Below the pieces are notes generated by a model, which worked only from the letters and a program-made list of their open reading frames with translations, did not search any database and was not told the DNA's origin. Both the position numbers and the translations under genes were made by a program. 42,913 nucleotides of DNA. It comes from Vulcanimicrobiaceae bacterium. GTDB taxonomy: Bacteria; Vulcanimicrobiota; Vulcanimicrobiia; Vulcanimicrobiales; Vulcanimicrobiaceae. The DNA is taken from NCBI GenBank assembly GCA_046262595.1, contig JBHEMM010000020.1, positions 501 through 43,413 on the forward strand. The letters run 5' to 3'. This document shows positions 1 through 10,565 of this stretch, piece by piece (positions within the stretch are counted from its first letter, which is position 1; each line of letters begins with the position of its first letter).

Positions 1-2119
1 GGGCGGTCTTTCGACCTCGCACAGCGTGAACGATATCTGCGCAAACCTGGCCGATCTTGCGGCGGGGCGGATCGCCGATTGGTGCTTCACCGTCCTCAAC
101 GAAGGCGGGGCGTATCGCGTTTCTGCAATCGCCCACCGCGACCGCGAGATGGTACGCTACGTCGAGCAGTTTCGCGCCCGTTATCCCGTTCGGCCCGGAA
201 GCACCACGGATTTGGCGATCCGGAAAAATCTTTCCATTCTCACGCCTTCCGTCACGAGCGAAGACCTGGAAGCCGCCGCGCAAGACGACTTGCACCTGCA
301 AATCTTGCAAAAGCTGTCGATGCATTCCGTGATGACGGTGCCGCTGGGCGCCTCGTCGGGCACGGTCTATGGAGCAATCGTGCTTATTTCGGCCGAATCG
401 GCGCGCGGCTTCACGCAAGAAGACATGGGCGTCGTGGAGAAAGTCGCGCGGCGCGCCGCAGACGCCATTGAAACGGCACACATTCTTGAGGAAGAGCGCC
501 GGCGCTCGCAGCGTCTGCGCTTTATCGCGCGCGCAAGCGAACTGGTCTTCGAGTCGCTCGATTTGCAGAAGGCCTTTGCGCGCCTCTGCGAGTTCGTCGT
601 TTCGGAGATGGCGGATTTGGCATACGTTCTGCGGTTTGAACAAGACGGCGCCCTGCGCACGGTGGCGTGTTCGCATGCCGAGCGTGAGAAGCAATACGTT
701 GTCGAGCGCCTGCGCGGCGAACGCACGCTCAAACCGCAAGCCGAAGAATCCGCGGGTCGAATTCTCTCGCAGCACCGCACGGTTCTGCACGAAACGGTCA
801 GCGACGAGGACGTTCTCCCGCACATGTGGGAATATCTGGCGGCCGAAGTGCGGTCGCTCGGCGTCCGCTCGGCGATCACCGTTCCGCTGTTTGCCCGCGG
901 AGAGACGTTCGGAGCACTCGTGGTGTACTGGTGCGACACGCCGCGCACATACACGCAAGACGACATTCCCATTTTCGAGGATCTGGGACGCCGGCTTTCG
1001 ATCGCGATCGAGCACGCCGTTGCGTTCGAGCGCGAACGGAACATCGCGGTGGCGCTGCAGCAGGCGCTGCTTCCGGCAGACAATGTCATGCCGCATGGCC
1101 CGGACGTTGCGTTCGATGCCGAATACCGGGCCAGCTCCACCGACGCCGAGGTCGGCGGCGATTGGTACGATGCCTTCACGCGCGCCGATGGCGCGGTCGT
1201 GATTTGCGTCGGCGATGTGACCGGCCGCGGCTTAGGGGCCGCCGGCCTGATGGGCAAATTGCGGCAGTCGATCGGCATTGCGGCCATTTACGAACGCGAG
1301 CCGGCCCAGATTTTGGACACAGTCGATCAGCACCTGCGCTCGAGACGCGCGCACGCGATAGCGACCGCATTCATCGGCATCATCTCGCCGGACCGTAAAC
1401 GGATGCAATTTTCAAGCGCCGGTCATCCTGCGGCGCTGCTGCGCCGCGGCAAGGAGCTCGTCGAACTGACGACCGAGGGCCTTCCCCTCGGCCTGCGCGA
1501 TTACGCCGCCGGCGCGAACGGCGAGATCTCGCTCGAAGGCGCAGACTTATTGACGCTGTATACGGACGGACTGATCGAGGGCACGCGCGACATTTTGTTC
1601 GGCGAGCGCCGGCTGCACGACGTGGCGCGCTCGCAGGCAATCCTCTACGTGCGCAACCCCGCGAAACTGCTGTGTGATGCGTGTCTTCCGCGAGACGCCC
1701 AGGACGACACGGCGGTGCTGACGGTCCGCTTCGGCGAGCGCTCGCACTGGCAATTCGAAGCCGACAATGCGGAAGCGGCGCATGACGCGCGCAAAGCGTT
1801 TATCGGGCAGCTCCAGCAGGCGCGGAAGATGTCGCCGGCCGCGCTTGGCGCAGCCGAACTCGTCTTCGGCGAATTGATTGGGAACGTTGTGCGCCATGCG
1901 CCGGGTCCGATCGACGTGCAGCTCGATCTGTCGGCCCAAAACCCCGTACTGCATGTGATCGATCACGGCATGGGTTTCGTGCGCGACGCCGCGCTGCCGA
2001 ACGACCCGCTCAGCGAGTCGGGCCGCGGCCTCTATATCATCGCGCAGCTCACGAAGGCGATCCGCGTCGAACGCATTCCCGGCTACGGGAACCATTTGAG
2101 CGCAACGCTGGCGCTCTGA
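1..2119 (+). CDS. GAF-GAF-PP2C(SpoIIE/RsbU)-HATPase (RsbW-like) signalling protein, probably 5'-truncated by the window edge
   Basis: PP2C motifs VGGDWYD, VGDVTGRG, SAGHP, YTDGLIE and DDTAVL. C-terminal ELIGNVVRHA...DHGMGF...ESGRGL anti-sigma kinase boxes. Two GAF-like repeats (SVMTVPL, SAITVPL). The frame is open from base 2, upstream of the GTG at 26. Confidence 0.85.
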   Translation, partial: GGLSTSHSVNDICANLADLAAGRIADWCFTVLNEGGAYRVSAIAHRDREMVRYVEQFRARYPVRPGSTTDLAIRKNLSILTPSVTSEDLEAAAQDDLHLQILQKLSMHSVMTVPLGASSGTVYGAIVLISAESARGFTQEDMGVVEKVARRAADAIETAHILEEERRRSQRLRFIARASELVFESLDLQKAFARLCEFVVSEMADLAYVLRFEQDGALRTVACSHAEREKQYVVERLRGERTLKPQAEESAGRILSQHRTVLHETVSDEDVLPHMWEYLAAEVRSLGVRSAITVPLFARGETFGALVVYWCDTPRTYTQDDIPIFEDLGRRLSIAIEHAVAFERERNIAVALQQALLPADNVMPHGPDVAFDAEYRASSTDAEVGGDWYDAFTRADGAVVICVGDVTGRGLGAAGLMGKLRQSIGIAAIYEREPAQILDTVDQHLRSRRAHAIATAFIGIISPDRKRMQFSSAGHPAALLRRGKELVELTTEGLPLGLRDYAAGANGEISLEGADLLTLYTDGLIEGTRDILFGERRLHDVARSQAILYVRNPAKLLCDACLPRDAQDDTAVLTVRFGERSHWQFEADNAEAAHDARKAFIGQLQQARKMSPAALGAAELVFGELIGNVVRHAPGPIDVQLDLSAQNPVLHVIDHGMGFVRDAALPNDPLSESGRGLYIIAQLTKAIRVERIPGYGNHLSATLAL

Positions 2120-2172
2120 CGGCTTACATTCGCAGGCCGAGCGCTCGGCACGGTTGGGCCAAACGATGGAAC

Positions 2173-2205
2173 AAAAAAGCCGCGTTCTTCACGCGGCTTT
2201 TGTTT
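2173..2205. terminator. Bidirectional intrinsic terminator between the PP2C gene and rpsJ
   Basis: AAAAGCCGCGT-TCTTC-ACGCGGCTTTT (11-bp inverted repeat, 2175-2201) with A/T tracts on both sides, between convergent genes. Confidence 0.85.
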
Positions 2206-2206
2206 G

Positions 2207-2515
<309 letters not shown>

Positions 2516-2521
2516 GGTTAG

Positions 2522-3724
<1,203 letters not shown>

Positions 3725-3864
3725 TTAAACGTTCTACTTCCTTATTTCTTATTGGGAGTGCTGGTTGCCGGAGTCAACGGACCCTGGCGTTCTGTTCGGC
3801 CCGTAAGGGCGGACAACGCATAAGCGCCGGCGCCCTGGAGTGCCGGCGTGACGTGGACTACCGG

Positions 3865-3894
3865 AATATATCAAGACCCTCGCAGACCTGTCAA
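3865..3894 (-). promoter_or_regulatory. Internal sigma70-type promoter for tuf-rpsJ
   Basis: On the minus strand, TTGACA (3894-3889), an 18-nt spacer ending in TGA (extended -10), then TATATT (3870-3865), inside the fusA-tuf gap. Confidence 0.7.
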
Positions 3895-3903
3895 CGTACG
3901 CCC

Positions 3904-5997
3904 TTACGCCGCCGGCTTCTTGCCGGCCTTGGCGACGATCTCTTCTTCGACGGACTTGGGAGCCTTCTCGTAGTGCGAGAACTCCATCGTGTACGTCGCC
4001 CTGCCCTGCGTCGAGGAGCGCATGTCGGTCGCGTAGCCGAACATCTCCGAGAGGGGAACGTTCGCCAAGATGACCTGCGCGCCGCCGGGCGCTTCTTCGG
4101 TGGCTTGAATCATCCCGCGGCGCCGGTTCAAATCACCGGTGATGGCGCCCATGTAATCCTTAGGCGTCGTCACTTCTACTTTCATGATCGGCTCGAGCAA
4201 GATCGGCCCGGCACCGCGGTTGGCTTCTTTAAAGCCCATCGACGCGGCGATCTTAAAGGCCATTTCCGAGGAGTCGACGTCGTGATACGAGCCGTCAAAC
4301 GCTTCAACCTTAAAGTCGAGGACGGGATAGCCGGCCAGCACGCCGCTTTGCGAGGCTTCGCGGATGCCTTCCTGGACCGCCTTGGAGTATTCCTTAGGCA
4401 CTTTGCCGCCGACGATCTTCCAATCGAAGGTGAACCCGCTGCCCACTTCAGCCGGCCCAACCCGGATCCAAATATCGCCGTACTGTCCTTTACCGCCGGA
4501 CTGCCGCACGAACTTGCCCTGCTTTTCGACGGTTTTGGTAATGGCTTCTTTATATGCGACCTGCGGCTTGCCGACGTTCGCCTCGACTTTGAATTCGCGG
4601 CGCAGCCGGTCCAGGATGATCTCCAGATGCAGCTCGCCCATGCCCGCGATGATCGTCTGCTGCGTCTCTTCGTCGGTAAACATGCGGAACGTCGGATCTT
4701 CCTGCGCCAAGCGCGCAAGACCCTTGCCGAGCTGATCCTGATCGCCCTTGGTCTTCGGTTCGATCGCCTGCGAGATCACCGGCTCCGGGAACACGATGTT
4801 CTCCAGAATGATCGGCGTCTTTTCATCGCACAGCGTATCGCCCGTGCGCGTATCGGTCATGCCGACGGCAGCGGCAATGTCGCCGGCGCCGATCGAATCG
4901 ATATCTTCGCGGTGATTGGCGTGCATGCGTAAGATGCGGCCGATGCGCTCTTTCTTGCCGGAGCGCGCGTTGTATACGTACGAGCCCTTGTCGAGCGTGC
5001 CGGAGTATACGCGGAAGTACGTCAAATTGCCGTACGGGTCGGTCGCAATTTTAAATGCGAGCGCCGCGAACGGTTGATTGTCGTCCGCTTTACGCGTGAT
5101 CGGCTGATCGTTCTTCGGATCGATGCCCGTGATCGTCTTGGCTTCCAGCGGCGAGGGCAGATACTCGACGATCGCGTCGAGCAGCGGCTGCACGCCTTTG
5201 TTTTTGAAAGCGGAACCGCAGAGCATCGGCAGCACGGTGCCGGCAATCGTTGCCTTGCGCAGCGCTTCCTTCATGCGATCCACGGGCAGTTCTTTTTCGT
5301 CGAAGAACATTTCGAGCAACTCTTCGTCCTGCTCGGCGATGTTCTCGATCAAGTTCTTGCGCCACGTCAGCGCGAGCTCGCGCAGATCGCCGCTCACGTC
5401 TTCCGTGGACTCCATCGTCGATCCGAGATCGTCGGTGTAGACCGTCTTCTTCATCGTGAACAGGTCCACGATGCCTTCGAATTTGTCTTCCGCGCCGATA
5501 GGCACTTGAATCGGCGTTGCGTTCGCACCCAGACGCTCTTTGATCTTGGCGACGGCATTGAAAAAGTCGGCACCCATGCGGTCCATCTTGTTGACAAAGA
5601 TGATCCGGGGCACTTTATATTTGTTCGCTTGGCGCCAGACGGTCTCCGACTGCGGCTGCACGGCGGCAACCGAATCAAACAGGGCAACCAAACCATCAAG
5701 AACGCGAAGCGAGCGCTCGACCTCTACAGTGAAGTCCACGTGGCCTGGCGTGTCTATAATGTTGATGCGGGTGTCGCGCCACGTGCACGCCGTTGCGGCC
5801 GACGTGATCGTGATGCCGCGCTCTTGCTCCTGGACCATCCAGTCCATGGTTGCGGCGCCATCATGCACTTCGCCGATCTTATGCGTGCGGCCGGTGTAAA
5901 ACAGAATGCGTTCCGTGCACGTCGTCTTACCTGCGTCGATGTGCGCGGCAATGCCGATGTTGCGGGTCCGCTCGAGCGGATATTCTCTGGCAGCCAT
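3904..5997 (-). CDS. fusA: Elongation factor G
   Basis: [52 protein letters not shown]. Confidence 0.99.
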   Translation of the reverse strand: MAAREYPLERTRNIGIAAHIDAGKTTCTERILFYTGRTHKIGEVHDGAATMDWMVQEQERGITITSAATACTWRDTRINIIDTPGHVDFTVEVERSLRVLDGLVALFDSVAAVQPQSETVWRQANKYKVPRIIFVNKMDRMGADFFNAVAKIKERLGANATPIQVPIGAEDKFEGIVDLFTMKKTVYTDDLGSTMESTEDVSGDLRELALTWRKNLIENIAEQDEELLEMFFDEKELPVDRMKEALRKATIAGTVLPMLCGSAFKNKGVQPLLDAIVEYLPSPLEAKTITGIDPKNDQPITRKADDNQPFAALAFKIATDPYGNLTYFRVYSGTLDKGSYVYNARSGKKERIGRILRMHANHREDIDSIGAGDIAAAVGMTDTRTGDTLCDEKTPIILENIVFPEPVISQAIEPKTKGDQDQLGKGLARLAQEDPTFRMFTDEETQQTIIAGMGELHLEIILDRLRREFKVEANVGKPQVAYKEAITKTVEKQGKFVRQSGGKGQYGDIWIRVGPAEVGSGFTFDWKIVGGKVPKEYSKAVQEGIREASQSGVLAGYPVLDFKVEAFDGSYHDVDSSEMAFKIAASMGFKEANRGAGPILLEPIMKVEVTTPKDYMGAITGDLNRRRGMIQATEEAPGGAQVILANVPLSEMFGYATDMRSSTQGRATYTMEFSHYEKAPKSVEEEIVAKAGKKPAA

Positions 5998-6000
5998 ACG

Positions 6001-6471
6001 CTACCAGCGGTAATGGGCGAATGCTTTGTTCGCTTCGGCCATTTTGTGCGTGTCTTCGCGTTTTTTGATCGCGGCGCCCTGATTGTTGGCTGCGTCCATC
6101 AGTTCGGCAGCGAGCTTTTCTTCCATCGAGCGGCCGGCGCGCGAACGCGCGTAACCGATCAGCCAGCGCATCGCCATCGCCTGACGGCGGTCCGGGCGCA
6201 CTTCCATCGGCACCTGATACGTTGCACCGCCGACGCGGCGCGGGCGCACTTCGACCAGCGGCATCGCGTTGCTCAGCGCTTGCGAGAAAATGTCCATCGC
6301 ATCGCGGCCCGTCTTGGTGGCGACGATGTCGAGCGCACCGTACGTAATGTTCTCGGCGGTCGACTTCTTGCCGCACAGCATGATCTTATTAATGAAGCGC
6401 GCGAGTACTTTGCTGTTGAAGCGCGGGTCGGGCAAAATCTGGCGTTTGGGCGCGGGGCCTTTACGTGGCAT
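6001..6471 (-). CDS. rpsG: 30S ribosomal protein S7
   Basis: [31 protein letters not shown]. Confidence 0.99.
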   Translation of the reverse strand: MPRKGPAPKRQILPDPRFNSKVLARFINKIMLCGKKSTAENITYGALDIVATKTGRDAMDIFSQALSNAMPLVEVRPRRVGGATYQVPMEVRPDRRQAMAMRWLIGYARSRAGRSMEEKLAAELMDAANNQGAAIKKREDTHKMAEANKAFAHYRW

Positions 6472-6488
6472 GTGTTGCTAGCTATTCC

Positions 6489-6929
6489 TTACTTCTTTGC
6501 GGAGCGCTTGGCTCCGTATTTCGAGCGGCCTTGTTTGCGGTTCGCGGTTCCCGAGGTATCCAGCGTGCCGCGGATGATGTGATAACGCACGCCGGGAAGA
6601 TCTTTGACGCGGCCCCCGCGCACGAGCACGACGCTGTGCTCCTGCAAATTGTGGCCGATTCCCGGGATGTACGCCGTGACTTCCTCGCCATTGGTCAAGC
6701 GCACGCGCGCGACCTTACGCAGGGCCGAGTTCGGCTTCTTCGGGGTGACGGTCTTCACTTGCGTGCACACGCCGCGGCGCTGCGGATTGCCCGCGACTTC
6801 GAAGGTGCGCAGCGGCAGATCCGGATGCCCGGGTTTCGGTCCCGTTTGAATGACCCGGAAGGCCGGCGTCTTGACCTTTTTCTCGGCTTTCTGCCGGCCT
6901 TTGCGGACCAGCTGACTAATGGTTGGCAA
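6489..6929 (-). CDS. rpsL: 30S ribosomal protein S12 (TTG start, long N-terminal loop insertion)
   Basis: [37 protein letters not shown] upstream of the TTG. Confidence 0.99.
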   Translation of the reverse strand: MPTISQLVRKGRQKAEKKVKTPAFRVIQTGPKPGHPDLPLRTFEVAGNPQRRGVCTQVKTVTPKKPNSALRKVARVRLTNGEEVTAYIPGIGHNLQEHSVVLVRGGRVKDLPGVRYHIIRGTLDTSGTANRKQGRSKYGAKRSAKK

Positions 6930-7010
6930 CCGTCAAACTCCTAAAAAGCGGGCTGGAACCCGCGCACACACAAAGTCGGCCACACCGGCGGGGTGGGACC
7001 GAACCTTGGG

Positions 7011-7039
7011 AGTATACCAAGGACGCTCGGGCCCGTCAA
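7011..7039 (-). promoter_or_regulatory. sigma70-type promoter of the str operon
   Basis: On the minus strand, TTGACG (7039-7034), N17, then TATACT (7016-7011), with TG at the extended -10 position. Confidence 0.8.
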
Positions 7040-7159
7040 ACGTACATGGCGCTCATGGCCAAGCAAGCGCGTCTTCCGCCATCTTTGGTTCTCTTTAAGT
7101 GGGTGATCGACATCCGTTCGTTTCTGATGACGGCCTGACAGGAACGCGGCAAAGCAGAA

Positions 7160-8225
7160 ATGGCGCAAACGCGGCTCGCGGTGCTCGACGGCCTTCGCGG
7201 CATCGCGGTGCTGCTCGTGCTGTGGTAGCGGCTTCGTCATCGTCTATCCGTTCATCAAAGCGCTCCTGAATGGCGATGCAGCGCCGTCCTGGGGACAATT
7301 CGCCTACCGCCGCGGCATCAAGATCGTGCCCTCCTACATCTTGTCGATCGTGCTGCTCATTGCCATTGGTTACGCGCAGTTCTCTTCACCGCGCGACATG
7401 GCGGTATCGGTGATCGCGCATCTCCTCTTCGTGCACACGTGGTTCTCCGCAACGTACGGCTCCATCAACGGCGTGTTGTGGACCCTGGCCGTCGAAGTGG
7501 AGTTCTACGCCGTCTTCCCCCTGATCTGGTTCGTCTTTAAGCGGTTGCCGTACGTGATGGCGCTCGCCCTAATCGCTTTTTCGATTGGTTTCCGCTCGTA
7601 TGCGCTCGCGTGCTGCCTGCACACGTTCGCGCCGCTCATGATCGATAATCTTCCCGGTTATCTGGATACGTTCGCCTGCGGCATGTTGGCGGCGTACCTC
7701 TACGTGCGCTATCGCGAACAACTGCGCGGCACCGCGGCAAAGGCGGCGGCGACGGCGGTCGCGCTCGGCGGATTCGTATGGCTGGCATCCTTGCTGCACG
7801 GATTATGGCTCATGCGCGCGGCGCCGGACTGGTCGACGGTGTGGCAGATCGGCAATCGCACCCTGGTCGCGGCCGCGTTCGTGATGATGGCGCTCGGTTC
7901 GCTGCTCGCGTTCTCGTGGTGGCAGCGCACAGTCGCAAATCCCGTGCTGCTCTTTCTTGCGGTCATCTCGTACAATCTCTATCTCTATCATCAGGCGCTC
8001 GCGCGGCTCTTGCTGAAATGGCACATCCCGCCGTTCACCGGTGCGAGCGAGCACGCCGACGCGAAATGGCCCGTGCCGTATACCTTCGTTGCGTTCGCCG
8101 CCACGATTGCGTGGGCGGCGTTCATCGCGTTCGCATGCGAACGGCCGCTGCTTCGGATCAAACTCGAGCAGTGGCGCGGATTACTGTCGCGCAGGGGCCG
8201 CGAGGGGGCACTGCCTCCGGCGTGA
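7160..8225 (+). pseudogene. Acyltransferase-3 (OafA/NolL-like) membrane O-acyltransferase with an internal deletion and frameshift
   Basis: ATG 7160 reads MAQTRLAVLDGLRGIAVLLVLW-stop (7226-7228). A different frame from 7227 reads SGFVIV...FAYRRGIKIVPSY...WTLAVEVEFY...ISYNLYLYH...ERP. The segment normally between these family motifs is absent. Confidence 0.75.
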
Positions 8226-8683
8226 GCCGGGGATTCACACTTGCGGAAACCGCAATCGGCGCGGCCGTCGTGGCCGTGGCAGCCCTTGCCATGCTGTTTG
8301 CGCTCGCACAGGCGGCGCATTTTTCCGCACACAGCGCGGGGCCGGTGCGGACGGCGGCAGAAGCGCTTGCCGGATCGCTGCTGCGCGACGCACAGGCATC
8401 ATGGAAGTACGGTTCGCCGGGCGCCGTTCCCGCAGGCGCATTCGCGACGAGCCTGCCGCTTGCGAATGCGCCGGCTGCGCCGGTGAGCGTCACGCTCACC
8501 GTTTCAAACGCAAGCGCGACCGATGCGCAGATAGCCGTCCGCGTGCAGTACACCCCGGATCCGGGCCGCGGCGGCGATCGCGGCATCGTGCTCGTGCAGG
8601 GTTCCCTCTTCGTGAAAGCGCCGTTGCCCGGGACGCAGGTCGCACGGCCGGGCCTGGTGCCGATGCCCTCGAGCGCACCATAG
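8222..8683 (+). CDS. Prepilin-type (class III signal peptide) minor pilin/pseudopilin
   Basis: GTG 8222 overlaps the upstream TGA. Reads SRG|FTLAE followed by the hydrophobic helix TAIGAAVVAVAALAMLFALA. Confidence 0.7.
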   Translation: MSRGFTLAETAIGAAVVAVAALAMLFALAQAAHFSAHSAGPVRTAAEALAGSLLRDAQASWKYGSPGAVPAGAFATSLPLANAPAAPVSVTLTVSNASATDAQIAVRVQYTPDPGRGGDRGIVLVQGSLFVKAPLPGTQVARPGLVPMPSSAP

Positions 8684-9402
8684 TGCTCGTCAACGCCGTG
8701 TTTTATGTGATGCTCGCGTGCACGCTGACGTTCGCAGTGCTCTCCGCGGCATTCTGCGGCGCGCGTATTGCGCTCGAAGCGCGCGCGCGAACGTACCTTT
8801 CCGCGGGTTTGGACCGCGCGCGGTCCTCGCTCATCCGCACGATCGCCGCCCAAGTGGAGTCCGGTGCAAGCGCGTATCCGCTCCCGGCTTTAACGCCGCT
8901 GCCGCAAGCGTGCGCGAACGAGTCCTGCTCGTTCACCACCGCGGCGGTCATCACACTTCAAACCGCTGCGCCCTCGGTCGCGCCTTCGTGCGCGCCCGCG
9001 CAGACGAATTGCGCGCAGAACGTGCAGGTGAACCCGTACGTCGCCGAAGACCGGATCGGCGCACGCATTACGGTCAGCGTCTTCGCGGGCGGCACGGCTC
9101 TTCTCGTGCGCAGCAGTGACGTCGTTCTGCGCACGACGCAGACGCCGCCTTATGCGGCGGTTTCAGGATCGCGCGACGGATCGTTTGACGGCAGCGCACG
9201 GACCACTGCCGCCGGAGACGACGGCGGTACGCTGCCGGCGACGCCCAACCCGTGCGCCACCGTTGCGGCGGGCATCGGCACAGACACGGCGGTACGCGTG
9301 CAATACAGAAACGCAGCGAGCGCTGCATGCAGCGACGGCGCGCAATGGAGCGATGCTTCCTACTCGATGCAGCCGGGCACAAGCTCAGGATGGACTCCCT
9401 AA
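8683..9402 (+). CDS. Hypothetical membrane-anchored Cys-rich protein, possibly a PilX-like minor pilin
   Basis: GTG 8683 overlaps the upstream TAG. N-terminal hydrophobic helix, then an amphipathic helix (ARTYLSAGLDRARSSL) and paired cysteines. Confidence 0.5.
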   Translation: MLVNAVFYVMLACTLTFAVLSAAFCGARIALEARARTYLSAGLDRARSSLIRTIAAQVESGASAYPLPALTPLPQACANESCSFTTAAVITLQTAAPSVAPSCAPAQTNCAQNVQVNPYVAEDRIGARITVSVFAGGTALLVRSSDVVLRTTQTPPYAAVSGSRDGSFDGSARTTAAGDDGGTLPATPNPCATVAAGIGTDTAVRVQYRNAASAACSDGAQWSDASYSMQPGTSSGWTP

Positions 9403-9427
9403 GGCAGCGTCCAATAGGTTCGCGGCT

Positions 9428-10351
9428 TTGCCTCCAACGCGTGCGCTGATTTATTTCGGCCTGGCATACGTCATCTGCTGCTGGGCGCTCAACACGGTGA
9501 TTTTGAAGTATGCCTTCGGCGCATTCGATCCGCTCGCGCTCATGGGTTTGCGCTTTATCGCGATGACGCCGCTTGCCTTTCTGCTCGCGCGTCTGCGCGG
9601 CGAGCGCATTCATGTGTATCGCCGCGATATTCCGATGCTGATGCTGTGCGGGGCGTGCGGTTACGGCGTGTACCAATATTTTTGGGTGCTCGGACTCGAT
9701 CACACAACGCCTTTCGCTTCCGCACTGCTCGGCAGCCTCACCCCCGTATTTACGCTGGCAATCGTCGCCGCGCTGGGACAGGAACGCGTGCGCAGCGGCC
9801 GTTGGCTCGGTGCGGGCGTAGCGCTCGCGGGCGTTGCAGTGTTCGAAGGTGCGTTTGCCGGGCACACGACGTTCCATCTGGGCGACGGTCTGACGCTGGC
9901 GTCCATGCTGCTGTTTTCGGTGTTCAACGTGTTGAGCGCGCGCATGCTCGACCGGTACACGCCGCTCGCGTTCGTCGCAATAACGATGTTTATCGGCATG
10001 CTGATCATTCTTCCGGGCTCGCTGCTGCATATGCTGCACCAAGATTTCCGGCACATCCCTCCCGTGGACTGGGGCATCTTCGCATACGCTGTTGTTTTCC
10101 CGATTCTGCTCACGTATCCGGTGTGGAGCTACGGCATCTCGCAGCTCGGCGCGGGGCGAACCTCACTCTTTCAATACGGCACTCCGGTGCTGGCGGGGCT
10201 GCTGAGCATCGCACTGCTCGGCGCGCACATCGAAGCGCACCAGATCGTTGGAACGGCGATCTGCATCGGCGGTATGGCGCTCTCCCAGCTTCTCGGAAAG
10301 CAGTCCCTGTTCGCATTGTGGGCGCAGCGCACGCAAGGCGTCGAACGGTAG
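9428..10351 (+). CDS. DMT/EamA family transporter (start uncertain, TTG 9428 chosen)
   Basis: About 10 hydrophobic segments in two repeats; GLRF, LTPVFT and YGTPVLA-type motifs. Confidence 0.8.
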   Translation: MPPTRALIYFGLAYVICCWALNTVILKYAFGAFDPLALMGLRFIAMTPLAFLLARLRGERIHVYRRDIPMLMLCGACGYGVYQYFWVLGLDHTTPFASALLGSLTPVFTLAIVAALGQERVRSGRWLGAGVALAGVAVFEGAFAGHTTFHLGDGLTLASMLLFSVFNVLSARMLDRYTPLAFVAITMFIGMLIILPGSLLHMLHQDFRHIPPVDWGIFAYAVVFPILLTYPVWSYGISQLGAGRTSLFQYGTPVLAGLLSIALLGAHIEAHQIVGTAICIGGMALSQLLGKQSLFALWAQRTQGVER

Positions 10352-10370
10352 AACGCGAACCCCAGGCCGC

Positions 10371-10565
10371 GTGAACAAGCGGTGGTGGTACGGGCTCTTG
10401 ATCCTTCCGCTGGCCGGAACGCTGGTGCCGCCGTTCTACGCGCGCGCGCAGCCCGAGCTCTTCGGCTTCCCATTCTTCTACTGGTACCAGTTGGTTTGGG
10501 TCGTGCTCGCTTCGCTCTTTACGTGGATCGTGTACGTGCGTACGCGCGAGACGCCGCATGGCTAG
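10371..10565 (+). CDS. DUF3311 small membrane protein (SSS partner)
   Basis: PELFGFPFFYWYQLVW motif; overlaps the downstream SSS start. Confidence 0.8.
   Translation: MNKRWWYGLLILPLAGTLVPPFYARAQPELFGFPFFYWYQLVWVVLASLFTWIVYVRTRETPHG

Noticed and set aside
2136..2149. Perfect 14-bp palindrome GCCGAGCGCTCGGC
   Set aside because: Seen once, GC-rich and between convergent genes; plausible by chance.
3853..6582. Long plus-strand ORFs opposite fusA/rpsG (likewise 12504-14099 and 17265-19034)
   Set aside because: Antisense shadows expected from high-GC codon usage; no recognisable motifs.
7046..7138. 30-codon ORF MALMAKQARL... upstream of the acyltransferase
   Set aside because: No RBS or recognisable motif, and it lies in the divergent promoter region.
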